Assembly (NCBI GenBank): GCA_041739085.1
Contig: JBGSON010000004.1
Location: forward strand, 2,366 to 66,365
Source of the DNA: Candidatus Altimarinota bacterium
GTDB taxonomy: Bacteria; Patescibacteriota; Gracilibacteria; CAIRYL01
Length of the DNA stretch: 64,000 nt
Direction of reading: 5' to 3'
Positions 1 through 8,192 of the stretch are shown here, piece after piece. The translations under genes were made by a program, and so were the position numbers. The notes under the pieces are model-generated. The model was not told the DNA's origin. It made no database searches and saw only the letters and a program-made list of their open reading frames with translations. Position 1 is the stretch's first letter. Each line of letters opens with the position of its first letter.

Positions 1-1
1 A

Positions 2-397
2 AGAGTCTCCTGTCCGCGGACTTTTGTTCCGGCAGAGGTGGAAACTCTCGGAGTCGAAGTCATCACCGATTTGTCGAAAGCTCTCGATGGCGCCCATGTC
101 GTCTACGCGCTCAGGGTCCAGGAAGAGAGAGGCGCCGGAGGGTTTATCCCGAGCCTCAAGGATTATTCCGGTGCGTACGCCATTACAAAAGAGAGATTAG
201 CCATCGCACGGAAAGACGCGATCCTCATGCATCCGGGACCCGTCATCCGCGACATAGACGTTGCCTCCGACCTTGTCACTCATCCCCAGTCCAGAATCCT
301 CACTCAGGTGGAGAACGGTCTCGCGGTCAGGAAAGCGATCATCTGGCTCCTTGCAAAAAGAATGGACGGGAAGATAAAACCTTTTACCTTGAAATAG
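2..397 (+). CDS. pyrB: aspartate carbamoyltransferase catalytic subunit, C-terminal part (5' end lies outside the window)
   Basis: The frame is open from the window edge. GAHVVYALRVQEERG and AILMHPGPVIRDID (HPxP motif) fit the C-terminal domain of ATCase-fold enzymes. pyrC follows downstream. Confidence 0.8.
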   Translation, partial: RVSCPRTFVPAEVETLGVEVITDLSKALDGAHVVYALRVQEERGAGGFIPSLKDYSGAYAITKERLAIARKDAILMHPGPVIRDIDVASDLVTHPQSRILTQVENGLAVRKAIIWLLAKRMDGKIKPFTLK

Positions 398-398
398 T

Positions 399-1052
399 AT
401 GAACAGAACAAAAAATATTTTCTCGCAGATTTTTTTAAAAAGTTATTTATTCTTTTTCATTTTTCTGATTCTTTTTATAGAAATTGTTCATAGTATAAGT
501 GTTTTTGCAGCCGCTGAAGATCTTTTGGATGAAAATGACCGACCATTATTAGATCGACAAACAGCAGCTATTACGCCATCTTTTCGGGAACAATTGCAGG
601 AATTTCTCAGCATTATTATCATCCCTGGCTTGGTGCTTTTTGGATCACTTTTCGTATTCTCTGCATTGAAAATTAAATTCATTAAGAAACAGAACAGAGA
701 AATATCAATATGGATCAAGATCCTCTATGGAATATCGTTGACCTTGGTGATCTTATTTGCTCTATTATTATTCTTTTATCAAGTGAGCTTTCAGGACATA
801 TGCCCATATTATGGGTTGGCGATCGTCATGGCATTATGCTTAGTATCTGGGTTGAGAATTGTAATGCTAAGAAGAAATAAAATAGAAATCTCAAAAGGAT
901 TAAGGTTTTTTTTCAGAATCGTATCAGTGATATTAATAGTTTCATCGCTTTACTCTGCTTGGTTCGAAATAAGATTTGGAGATTCATCTCTCGGATGCAA
1001 TTCTGAGTTCCCTTCAATGAAGTCGAATCCCTTATTCCCTTTCAGACATTGA
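399..1052 (+). CDS. hypothetical multi-pass membrane protein (AT-rich insert between pyrB and pyrC)
   Basis: 217-aa ORF starting 1 nt after the pyrB stop, with several long hydrophobic helices. Local GC is roughly 20-35% by eye, against more than 50% in the flanking pyr genes. No family recognised. Confidence 0.55.
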   Translation: MNRTKNIFSQIFLKSYLFFFIFLILFIEIVHSISVFAAAEDLLDENDRPLLDRQTAAITPSFREQLQEFLSIIIIPGLVLFGSLFVFSALKIKFIKKQNREISIWIKILYGISLTLVILFALLLFFYQVSFQDICPYYGLAIVMALCLVSGLRIVMLRRNKIEISKGLRFFFRIVSVILIVSSLYSAWFEIRFGDSSLGCNSEFPSMKSNPLFPFRH

Positions 1053-1088
1053 AGACCTTCAAATTTCTCTTTCTCATGAACAGCAAAT

Positions 1089-2381
1089 ATGATTTCTATT
1101 TTCATTCAAAACGGCCACGTCATCGACCCCGCAAGCAGAGTGAATGCAGTCACCGACATTCTTGTTGAGAACGGAAAAGTTAAGAAAGTCGGGAAGTTGA
1201 AAGCGATTCCAAAAGGGACTGAGACTTTTAATGCGAAAGGAAAACTTGTCGTCCCCGGATTTGTTGACCTCCAGGTGCATCTCCGAGAACCCGGGTTTGA
1301 AGGAAAAGAAACAATCAAGACCGGTCTTCGTTCGGCGCTTAAGGGCGGGATCACTTCCGTCGTATCCATGCCGAACACAAATCCCGCGACGGATTCTTCA
1401 CTTACTGTCCGGTATCAATATGCGCGGGCGGAAGAAGCAAAATCAGCAAACCTTTTTGTCGCCGGAGCGATCACGAAAGGAGAAGAGGGAAAGGAGCTTG
1501 CGGATATCCGCGCGATGAAAGACGCGGGGATCGTCGCGGTGACGGACGACGGCCGTGATGTCCAAAATGCGGGAATCATGAAAAAGGCGATGGAATACTG
1601 CCGGACATATGGAATCCCGCTTCTCCTCCACTCGGAAGAAGAATCCATTTCCGGGGAAGGAGCAATGCACGAAGGGAAATATTCGACACTCCTGGGACTC
1701 CCCGGGATTCCCGCGATTGCGGAAGATATCGCCGTCATGAGGAATCTTCTCCTTGCGGAAGCAACAGGAGCAAAGATCCATCTCATGCATGTTTCCACAA
1801 GAAAAGCGGTCGAGTTCATTGAGACATTCCTTAAAAGAAAAGTGAAGGTCACCGCGGAGACCTGCCCCCAGTATTTTGTCCTCACCGACGCGGTCTGCGA
1901 CGGGTTCAACACCATGGCGAAGATGTATCCGCCTCTTCGTTCGGAAGATCACCGGCGGGCGATCATCAAGGGATTGAAATCAGGTGTCATCTCCGTCATC
2001 AGTACGGACCATGCTCCACATACGCGGAAGGAGAAGTTGAAGACATTCACCGACGCGGCGAAAGGGACCGTGGGCCTTGAAACGAGTTTCGCGCTCGGAT
2101 ACACGCATCTCGTTCTCAAAAAGGAAATATCACTCTCCTCCCTCATCGAAAAAATGACGGCAAATCCTGCGAAAGTCATCTCCGTCCCGAAAGGGACGCT
2201 CTCCCCCGGGAGAGACGCAGACATCGCGATCATCGACCCCGGAGAAAAGTGGACGATCAGGAATGATGAGATGGAAACGAAAGGAAGAAACTGCGTTTTT
2301 GAGGGGATGAAAGTCCAGGGGAGGGTAAAAGAGGTCTTCGTTTCCGGCGAATGGGTAGTGAGGAACGGGAAAGTCCTCTGA
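1089..2381 (+). CDS. pyrC: dihydroorotase
   Basis: 430 aa with the amidohydrolase metal-ligand motifs of dihydroorotase: FVDLQVHLREPG, LLLHSEEE and VISTDHAPHT. Confidence 0.9.
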   Translation: MISIFIQNGHVIDPASRVNAVTDILVENGKVKKVGKLKAIPKGTETFNAKGKLVVPGFVDLQVHLREPGFEGKETIKTGLRSALKGGITSVVSMPNTNPATDSSLTVRYQYARAEEAKSANLFVAGAITKGEEGKELADIRAMKDAGIVAVTDDGRDVQNAGIMKKAMEYCRTYGIPLLLHSEEESISGEGAMHEGKYSTLLGLPGIPAIAEDIAVMRNLLLAEATGAKIHLMHVSTRKAVEFIETFLKRKVKVTAETCPQYFVLTDAVCDGFNTMAKMYPPLRSEDHRRAIIKGLKSGVISVISTDHAPHTRKEKLKTFTDAAKGTVGLETSFALGYTHLVLKKEISLSSLIEKMTANPAKVISVPKGTLSPGRDADIAIIDPGEKWTIRNDEMETKGRNCVFEGMKVQGRVKEVFVSGEWVVRNGKVL

Positions 2382-2474
2382 AAAGATCATCGCATTGAGG
2401 AGAAGTCATTCCGGAAGGAGCTCTTTTTTTCGAATCTGAATTGTGGGAGACTCGGAACGATTTCTTCCCTTTTT

Positions 2475-3050
2475 ATGAAGCAGAAAATCGGTTCCGGAGA
2501 CGACGGACACACTGATCTCCATTCCGGGCGAAGGATCCCGAAGAATCATGATCTCATCCAGGCGATCGGGAATGCCGACCAGCTCGGAGCGATGCTCGGG
2601 ATGGTCCTCGCCCAAAAACTGAAGAAAGAGACGAGGATGATCCTTGAGTCCATGAGCCACATGGTCTATGACATCGGCGCGGAGATCGCATCCGAGGGGA
2701 AATATTTCGCAGAAAATATAAGTGATGAAGAGACTGAAAAAATGACCAGGTGGATCGAGCATATTGATCATGGACTTCAACCCATCGGCACATTTATCGT
2801 CTCATCCGGCGTCATCTCATCAGAATGGCTTCATCTCGCGCGTTCCATCACGAGAAGACTGGAGCGGAGTCTTGTCGTCCTTCTCAAAGAAGGCGCGCTC
2901 CGGAAAGGCATATTCGCATTCATCAACCGTTTTTCCCGTCTCCTCTTTTCACTCGCGCGGTTCGAAGCGGAAAAGAAAGGAAAGAAGACCATATTCTGGG
3001 AAAAGAAGAAACGCATTCCGGTGATAGAAGAGAAAAGGAGCAGTTCATAA
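2475..3050 (+). CDS. ATP:cob(I)alamin adenosyltransferase, PduO/MMAB type
   Basis: N-terminus MKQKIGSGDDGHTDL..GRRIPKNHDLIQAIGNADQLGAMLG matches the PduO-type signature (TGDxGxT...G.R..K...A.G..D.L). About 190 aa. Confidence 0.75.
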   Translation: MKQKIGSGDDGHTDLHSGRRIPKNHDLIQAIGNADQLGAMLGMVLAQKLKKETRMILESMSHMVYDIGAEIASEGKYFAENISDEETEKMTRWIEHIDHGLQPIGTFIVSSGVISSEWLHLARSITRRLERSLVVLLKEGALRKGIFAFINRFSRLLFSLARFEAEKKGKKTIFWEKKKRIPVIEEKRSSS

Positions 3051-3138
3051 AGTTTGTAAAGTTCATAAGGTTCATAAAGTTCCTTAGTTCCACAAATAAC
3101 TTTACAAACCTTACAGACTTTATGGACTTTATAACTTT
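3047..3138. repeat. 9-nt periodic TAAAGTT-type repeat block arranged as a long imperfect inverted repeat
   Basis: It begins at the stop codon of the adenosyltransferase gene with four units (ataaagttt gtaaagttc ataaggttc ataaagttc). About 14 nt further on come four reverse-complement units (aactttac aaaccttac agactttat ggactttat aactt). Related blocks lie at 24288-24320 and 54613-54647. Confidence 0.7.
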
Positions 3139-3183
3139 CTTGTCCCCTTCCCATTTTTTCATTCCCGTCTTACACTGGAAATC

Positions 3184-3987
3184 GTGATCAGGAGAATATC
3201 TTTCATCGGCGCCGGGAACATGGGCTCCGCGCTCATCTCCGCTCTTCTCTCCGAGGGGATCGTAGGTCCGGAGGATTTGAAAGTGAGCGACCGGAATCCC
3301 GAACGGCTCAAATGGCTTCGTGAAAAAAATGTTTTTGTTTCTCCTCATCCGGAAGATGTCATTACGGACACCGATTGTCTTTTTCTCGCAACGAAACCTC
3401 AGGACGTCTCTCAGATCCTGGAAAGCGTCAAAGGCAATTTTCCCGAGGGGATGCTCATGGTCTCCATTGCCGCGGGGATCACGGTCCAGCATCTCCAGGA
3501 TGCCGGCCGGATATCAAAGGTGATCCGGGTGATGCCCAATACGCCGGCGCTTGTCCGATCCGGCGTATCCGGAATGTTCTCGTCTCCTGAGGTCAGCGGG
3601 GAAGAGAGAGAATATGTTTTAAAGTTCCTCAAGACCGTAGGTGAAGTCATCGAGTGTTATCATGAAGACCAGATCGACGCGATCACCTCCCTTTCCGGAA
3701 GCGGCCCCGCTTATTTTTTCCGCATCCTGGAGATCATGGCGGAGAAAGCGGTCCGTTATGGTTTTTCGAAGGAGAATGCAAGAAAAATCGTCTTAAACAC
3801 GATGTTCGGTGCGGGTGTTCTCGCGAAAGAATCGGGACAAGACTGTGCCGAACTCCGGGACATGGTGACCTCAAAAGGAGGGACGACAGAGGCCGCGCTC
3901 AATACATTTGCAGAGATGCAGCTCGAAAAAATACTGAACGCAGGGATCGATGCTGCATATGACAGGGCAAAAGAACTCGGAAAATAA
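3184..3987 (+). CDS. proC: pyrroline-5-carboxylate reductase
   Basis: GTG start. Motifs: ISFIGAGNMGSALISAL Rossmann motif, MPNTPALV, SGSGPAYFF and TSKGGTTEAAL. Confidence 0.9.
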   Translation: MIRRISFIGAGNMGSALISALLSEGIVGPEDLKVSDRNPERLKWLREKNVFVSPHPEDVITDTDCLFLATKPQDVSQILESVKGNFPEGMLMVSIAAGITVQHLQDAGRISKVIRVMPNTPALVRSGVSGMFSSPEVSGEEREYVLKFLKTVGEVIECYHEDQIDAITSLSGSGPAYFFRILEIMAEKAVRYGFSKENARKIVLNTMFGAGVLAKESGQDCAELRDMVTSKGGTTEAALNTFAEMQLEKILNAGIDAAYDRAKELGK

Positions 3988-4003
3988 TGACTTCTTTCCC
4001 GGA

Positions 4004-5140
4004 TCATTCCTCCCGGAAGTAGTGGATGTAGTCTTCTTCTCTGATAACGCCGGTCTCTGCGAGTTCTTCAGCGAATTTTTCCATGCGGACCATCCCGAGT
4101 GATGCGCCCGCCTGCATCGCGTTCGGCATCTGGGCGACTTCCCCTCTCCGGATGAGGTTTCGGATCGCGGAGTTCACGATCATGAGCTCATAAATACCGA
4201 TACGGCCGGGCCGGTCTGACCTCGGGACAAGCCTCTGGGAAACGACGCCGATAAGCGTATCCGAAAGCCGGGAGTAGATCTGCATCTGTTGCTCCGGCGG
4301 GAATGCGCTCGCGAGGCGCGAGATCGTCTGTGTGGCGCTGGAAGTGTGGAGCGTCGAAATGACGAGATGCCCCGTTTCTGAAAGATTCATGGCGGCCATG
4401 ATCGTTTCCGGGTCGCGCATCTCCCCGATCATGACCACATCAGGATCCTGGCGGAGAGCGCCGCGTAGTGCGTTCGCGAAAGAGAGCGTATCAACGCCGA
4501 TCTCCCTCTGGGAGATGACTGACCTTTTCGGAGTGAAGACGAATTCGATCGGATCTTCGATCGTGAGGATATGTTCCACTCGGTGTTCATTCACATAATC
4601 GAGGAGTGACTGCATGGATGTCGATTTACCGGAACCGGTGGGACCGGTGACGAGGATGAGGCCCTGTTTCGCTTTGATGAGATTATAGACGGCATGAGGA
4701 AGTCCGAGTTCTTCGATGCTCCACGCTTTCGATGCGATCCGGCGCATGACGGTCGAGATGTTCCGCCTCTTGTAGAAGAGATTCACGCGGAAGGCGGTCC
4801 CATCGGTATGTTCATAAGCAAAATCAAGCTCCCTTGTCCTGATGAGAGTCTCTTTCATGGATTCCGACGGGATCATCGAGTAGATGAGGCGTTCCGCCTG
4901 CTCTCTTGTGAGATGCGGAATATTGTCGATAAAGCAGATCTGCCCGTTGATGCGGAGTGCGATCCGTGCGCCCGCGCCCATGTGGAGATCGGACGCTTCC
5001 TGATCGATGACGAGATCCAGGAGATCGTCGAGTGTGATATCATCGCCGGCACTATCGAGTTTCACCTCGGGGCCCTGCTCAAACTTCTCTTTCGTCTCTT
5101 CTTCCCCTTCGTAGGATTCTTCGTCGATTTCGTCAGGCAT
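4004..5140 (-). CDS. pilT: PilT-family type IV pilus retraction ATPase with an acidic N-terminal extension
   Basis: Walker A VTGPTGSGKST, Asp box TIEDPIEF, Walker B VVMIGEMRD, His box ETGHLVISTLHT, and AIRNLIRRGE (AIRNLIRE-like). An acidic leader of about 45 aa reads MPDEIDEESYEGEEETKEKFEQ. Confidence 0.85.
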   Translation of the reverse strand: MPDEIDEESYEGEEETKEKFEQGPEVKLDSAGDDITLDDLLDLVIDQEASDLHMGAGARIALRINGQICFIDNIPHLTREQAERLIYSMIPSESMKETLIRTRELDFAYEHTDGTAFRVNLFYKRRNISTVMRRIASKAWSIEELGLPHAVYNLIKAKQGLILVTGPTGSGKSTSMQSLLDYVNEHRVEHILTIEDPIEFVFTPKRSVISQREIGVDTLSFANALRGALRQDPDVVMIGEMRDPETIMAAMNLSETGHLVISTLHTSSATQTISRLASAFPPEQQMQIYSRLSDTLIGVVSQRLVPRSDRPGRIGIYELMIVNSAIRNLIRRGEVAQMPNAMQAGASLGMVRMEKFAEELAETGVIREEDYIHYFREE

Positions 5141-5179
5141 AAGTATTTCTGTGAAGAAAATGTGTTTCTATTTCAGTAA

Positions 5180-5208
5180 ATTATATGCTATTTCTTGACA
5201 AAAATCAA
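5180..5208 (-). promoter_or_regulatory. sigma70-like promoter for the pilT paralog at 4004-5140
   Basis: On the minus strand: TTGATT, 17 nt, TATAAT. The -10 box ends about 40 nt before the ATG at 5140. Confidence 0.45.
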
Positions 5209-5260
5209 TGATCTGCGGGTCGAAACCTCCTCGGATTCTGGAGATTTGGAAAAGTCCAAA

Positions 5261-5306
5261 GAACAAAATCGTGAAGAAAAAAGAAAAAGCACAAAAGAAA
5301 GAAGAG
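5261..5306 (-). repeat. pyrimidine-tract CTTTTGTG-type intergenic motif (family 3)
   Basis: The minus strand reads ctcttctttcttttgtgctttttcttttttcac. Related copies lie at 12090-12125, 27057-27117, 28308-28353, 28628-28660, 41517-41545 and 57153-57202. Confidence 0.6.
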
Positions 5307-5388
5307 AATTCATTGCACTCTCTCGTTTCAATAGTTATGAACTCTAATGAAGAAACGCGCCCGCCCCTGTTCATTTTCTCCTGATCTT

Positions 5389-6240
5389 TCACCTCCGGGA
5401 AAGCATTCCGAACCTCAGATTCCCCGATAGATCCGGGAAAAAACTGAGGATATGATCCGGGAACATGTCTTTTCTGATGGATGAGAGGGTTTTTCTCTGC
5501 GGAGGATGAAATTCAAAGAGCACGAAGTCAAAATCAAAATGTCCGGAGAGTTCACGGAAGAACCGGCGGTAATGATCAAGGCCGTCTTTTCCGCTCCAGA
5601 GTGCTTCGGGGGGATCATGATCGATGACTTCCCTCGGGAGATCATCTCCTTCGGGAATGTAGGGAAGGTTCACCACGAAAATGATCGGACACGGAGTATC
5701 TGCGGGAAGCAAGAAATCTTTAAGGAGATCGGATTCCACGAAGGAGACAGAGTTGATCTTTAGGAGCGAAGCATTTTTTTTCGCTATACGGAGAGCATTT
5801 TTAGAGTTCTCAATCCCGAAAATGCGGTGTGTGTCCGGAAGAGAATGAGCAAGCGAAAGAGCGATGCACCCTGATCCGGTTCCGACGTCGATGATCGTCG
5901 AAGCGGTCTTTCCCTGAACGAGGTGCAGAGTTTTTTCCACGAGAAACTCCGTTTCCGGGCGCGGACAGAGAACGCCTTTTTCAATGGAAAACGACAGGTC
6001 GAAGAATTCTCTCTTCCCGAGAAGGAATGCAACAGGAGCGCCCTCCGCCCTTTTTGCGATAAGTTTTTGAAAACACGTGATGGCATTTTTTGAAAGAAAA
6101 TCCGAAGAATGCGCAATGAGAAATGATCGCGGTGATCCGAGGACATGACCGAGGAGAATCTCAGCGTCAAGATCAGGAGTCGCAGTCTTCGATTCCCCAA
6201 GAACGCGCTTCGCCCAGATGAGACTTTCTGAAATGTTCAC
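5389..6240 (-). CDS. prmC: peptide chain release factor N5-glutamine methyltransferase
   Basis: 283 aa, GTG start. SAM motif DVGTGSGCIALSLA and catalytic VNLPYIP (NPPY-type). Confidence 0.85.
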   Translation of the reverse strand: MNISESLIWAKRVLGESKTATPDLDAEILLGHVLGSPRSFLIAHSSDFLSKNAITCFQKLIAKRAEGAPVAFLLGKREFFDLSFSIEKGVLCPRPETEFLVEKTLHLVQGKTASTIIDVGTGSGCIALSLAHSLPDTHRIFGIENSKNALRIAKKNASLLKINSVSFVESDLLKDFLLPADTPCPIIFVVNLPYIPEGDDLPREVIDHDPPEALWSGKDGLDHYRRFFRELSGHFDFDFVLFEFHPPQRKTLSSIRKDMFPDHILSFFPDLSGNLRFGMLSRR

Positions 6241-6313
6241 TCTTTTCGGGAGAATAATTTCTTTTCAAAAAAACAATATTCCCATTATACTCAAATTCAC
6301 CAAGAATCATTGC

Positions 6314-6826
6314 ATGAAGAAAAGAGCGCTCTTCATCGGCAGGTTCCAGCCATTTCACCGGGGGCATCTCGATGCGCTGAAGCAGATCCTCGAACATAAG
6401 GACAAATTCGACGAGATCATCATTGCGATCGGAAGCGCTGAGGATGAGTTTCTCCCCGCGAATCCGCTCACTGCGGGGGAGAGGATGGAGATCATAGACC
6501 TCGCCATCCGGGAAGCGGGGATGCCGAAGGAGAAATTCTGGATCATTCCCGTCCGGAACATCAATGAATACTCCCTCTGGCCGCATCATGTCATCAGGCT
6601 TTGTCCTTCTTTCGAGGCCGTATTTTCCGGATCAAAAATCGTTCAGACCCTTTTCCGGAACACTGACAAAAAGATCATCCCCCTGGAGATGAGGATATCG
6701 GTTTCCGCAACCTCTGTCCGTGAGAAAGTGAGGATGGAAGAGCCTCTCGAGAAGCACCTCCTTCCCTCGGTGATCCGATATCTCGAGGGGATCCATTTTC
6801 GGGAGCGGCTGATGGAGATATCATAA
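6314..6826 (+). CDS. nicotinamide-nucleotide adenylyltransferase, archaeal type
   Basis: ORF trimmed to ATG 6314 (MKKRALFIGRFQPFHRGHLDAL). The GRFQPFHxGH nucleotidyltransferase motif and a length of about 170 aa fit this family. Confidence 0.75.
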   Translation: MKKRALFIGRFQPFHRGHLDALKQILEHKDKFDEIIIAIGSAEDEFLPANPLTAGERMEIIDLAIREAGMPKEKFWIIPVRNINEYSLWPHHVIRLCPSFEAVFSGSKIVQTLFRNTDKKIIPLEMRISVSATSVREKVRMEEPLEKHLLPSVIRYLEGIHFRERLMEIS

Positions 6827-6847
6827 TCATATATTCTCCCCTGCTTC

Positions 6848-8188
6848 TCATACGAAGTCTTCCGGGCGGGTCGCATACTGAGTGATGTCACGCTTGTCGA
6901 CAAGACCCTTCGCAATGAGCTTGTGGAGAGCCTGGTCCAGTGTGTTCATCCCTTCCTTCATCCCGACTTCGATACTGGAAGGGATCTGGAATTCTTTGCT
7001 GTTCCGGACAAGACTTCTGATGCCTGCTGTTCCATACATGACCTCAAAAGCTGCGATGAGCCCGTTTCCGTTTTTTCTCTTGCAGAGGACCTGGGAGATG
7101 ACGCACTGGATCGATTCGGAGAGCATCGTCCGGATCTGATCCTGTTCACTCGCCGGAAAAACATCGATGATACGGGAGATCGTTTTCATGGCGCTCGATG
7201 TATGGAGCGTTCCGAACACGAGATGTCCCGTCTCCGCGGCGGTGAGGGCAAGCGATATCGTCTCGTGATCCCGCATTTCTCCGATCATGATGCAGTCGGG
7301 ATCCTCGCGGAGAGCGGATTTCAAGGCGCGGGCAAATGATTTCGTATGCGTCTTCACCTCCCGGTGGTTGACCAGAGATTTTTTTGATGTATGGAGGATC
7401 TCCACGGGATCTTCAATGGTGAGAATATGTCCCTCCTCCTGTTCGTTCACCATGTCGACGAACGTCGCGAGGGTCGTCGATTTTCCGCATCCGCTCGGTC
7501 CGGTGACGAGGACAAGTCCTTTCTTATAATCCTTGATTTTCTTCAGACTGTCGGGAAGTCCGAGTTCCTCAAAACTCATGATCTTGTTCGAGATGATGCG
7601 GAATACCGCGCATGAACCGTGGAGCGTCTGCATGGCATTGCACCGGTATCTGTTTCGATGCTCGTCCGTGAAGCTGTAATCGGTGTCAAGGTTTTCAAGA
7701 TATTCATCCTTTGCGTCCTGTCCCATGGTCGCAAAGATCATTTTTTGGGCTGACTCCTCACTCAGTTTCCCGGTACCAGGGATTTCGCGCACATCACCAA
7801 AAAGCCTCATCTTCGGAGTACTCCCGGAGGCGATGTGGAGATCAGACCCGAAGTGGCTCCGCGCATAGAGAAGGAGTTCGATAATATCATCCGGAGTTCC
7901 GGAGTAGGGAGGAAGAGGCTTTTCCGGTTGAGTCCGCTCCTCCTTTTCCACGAAGCTCACTCGCTTGTTGAGGGTGGACGGAAGTGATGGAGGAGAAGCC
8001 GCTGCTTTCGGTTTTGTCGTCGACGGGGCTGAACCGATATGGATTTCACCGCCTGGCGGGGATGGGGAATCTTCAAATCGGATGCCTCCCGCCGGCTTTG
8101 GACTTGCGGGAATATGGAGGGATGACGATGATTCATCGAACCGGATCCCCGGGATTTTTGCCGATGACTGGGATGATTCTTCCGGCAT
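6848..8188 (-). CDS. PilT-family ATPase with an N-terminal extension of about 105 aa rich in Pro and Ser
   Basis: VTGPSGCGKST, TIEDPVEI, CIMIGEMRD, ETGHLVFGTLHT. The AIRNLIRE position reads TAGIRSLVRN. The N-terminus carries repeats IPGIRFDESSSS / AGGIRFEDSPSP. The start lies 4 nt after the stop of the upstream paralog. Confidence 0.8.
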   Translation of the reverse strand: MPEESSQSSAKIPGIRFDESSSSLHIPASPKPAGGIRFEDSPSPPGGEIHIGSAPSTTKPKAAASPPSLPSTLNKRVSFVEKEERTQPEKPLPPYSGTPDDIIELLLYARSHFGSDLHIASGSTPKMRLFGDVREIPGTGKLSEESAQKMIFATMGQDAKDEYLENLDTDYSFTDEHRNRYRCNAMQTLHGSCAVFRIISNKIMSFEELGLPDSLKKIKDYKKGLVLVTGPSGCGKSTTLATFVDMVNEQEEGHILTIEDPVEILHTSKKSLVNHREVKTHTKSFARALKSALREDPDCIMIGEMRDHETISLALTAAETGHLVFGTLHTSSAMKTISRIIDVFPASEQDQIRTMLSESIQCVISQVLCKRKNGNGLIAAFEVMYGTAGIRSLVRNSKEFQIPSSIEVGMKEGMNTLDQALHKLIAKGLVDKRDITQYATRPEDFV

Positions 8189-8192
8189 GGGA

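Noticed and set aside
3047-3138. Possibility that the periodic repeats here, and those at 41453 and 57089, are a CRISPR array.
   Set aside because: The units are 7-9 nt and contiguous, with no spacers and no cas genes in the window. This is not CRISPR architecture.
5168-5392. 74-aa minus-strand ORF between prmC and pilT.
   Set aside because: Most of it is translated from the family-3 pyrimidine-tract repeat and promoter sequence (FFCAFSFFFTILFF). There is no independent coding evidence.
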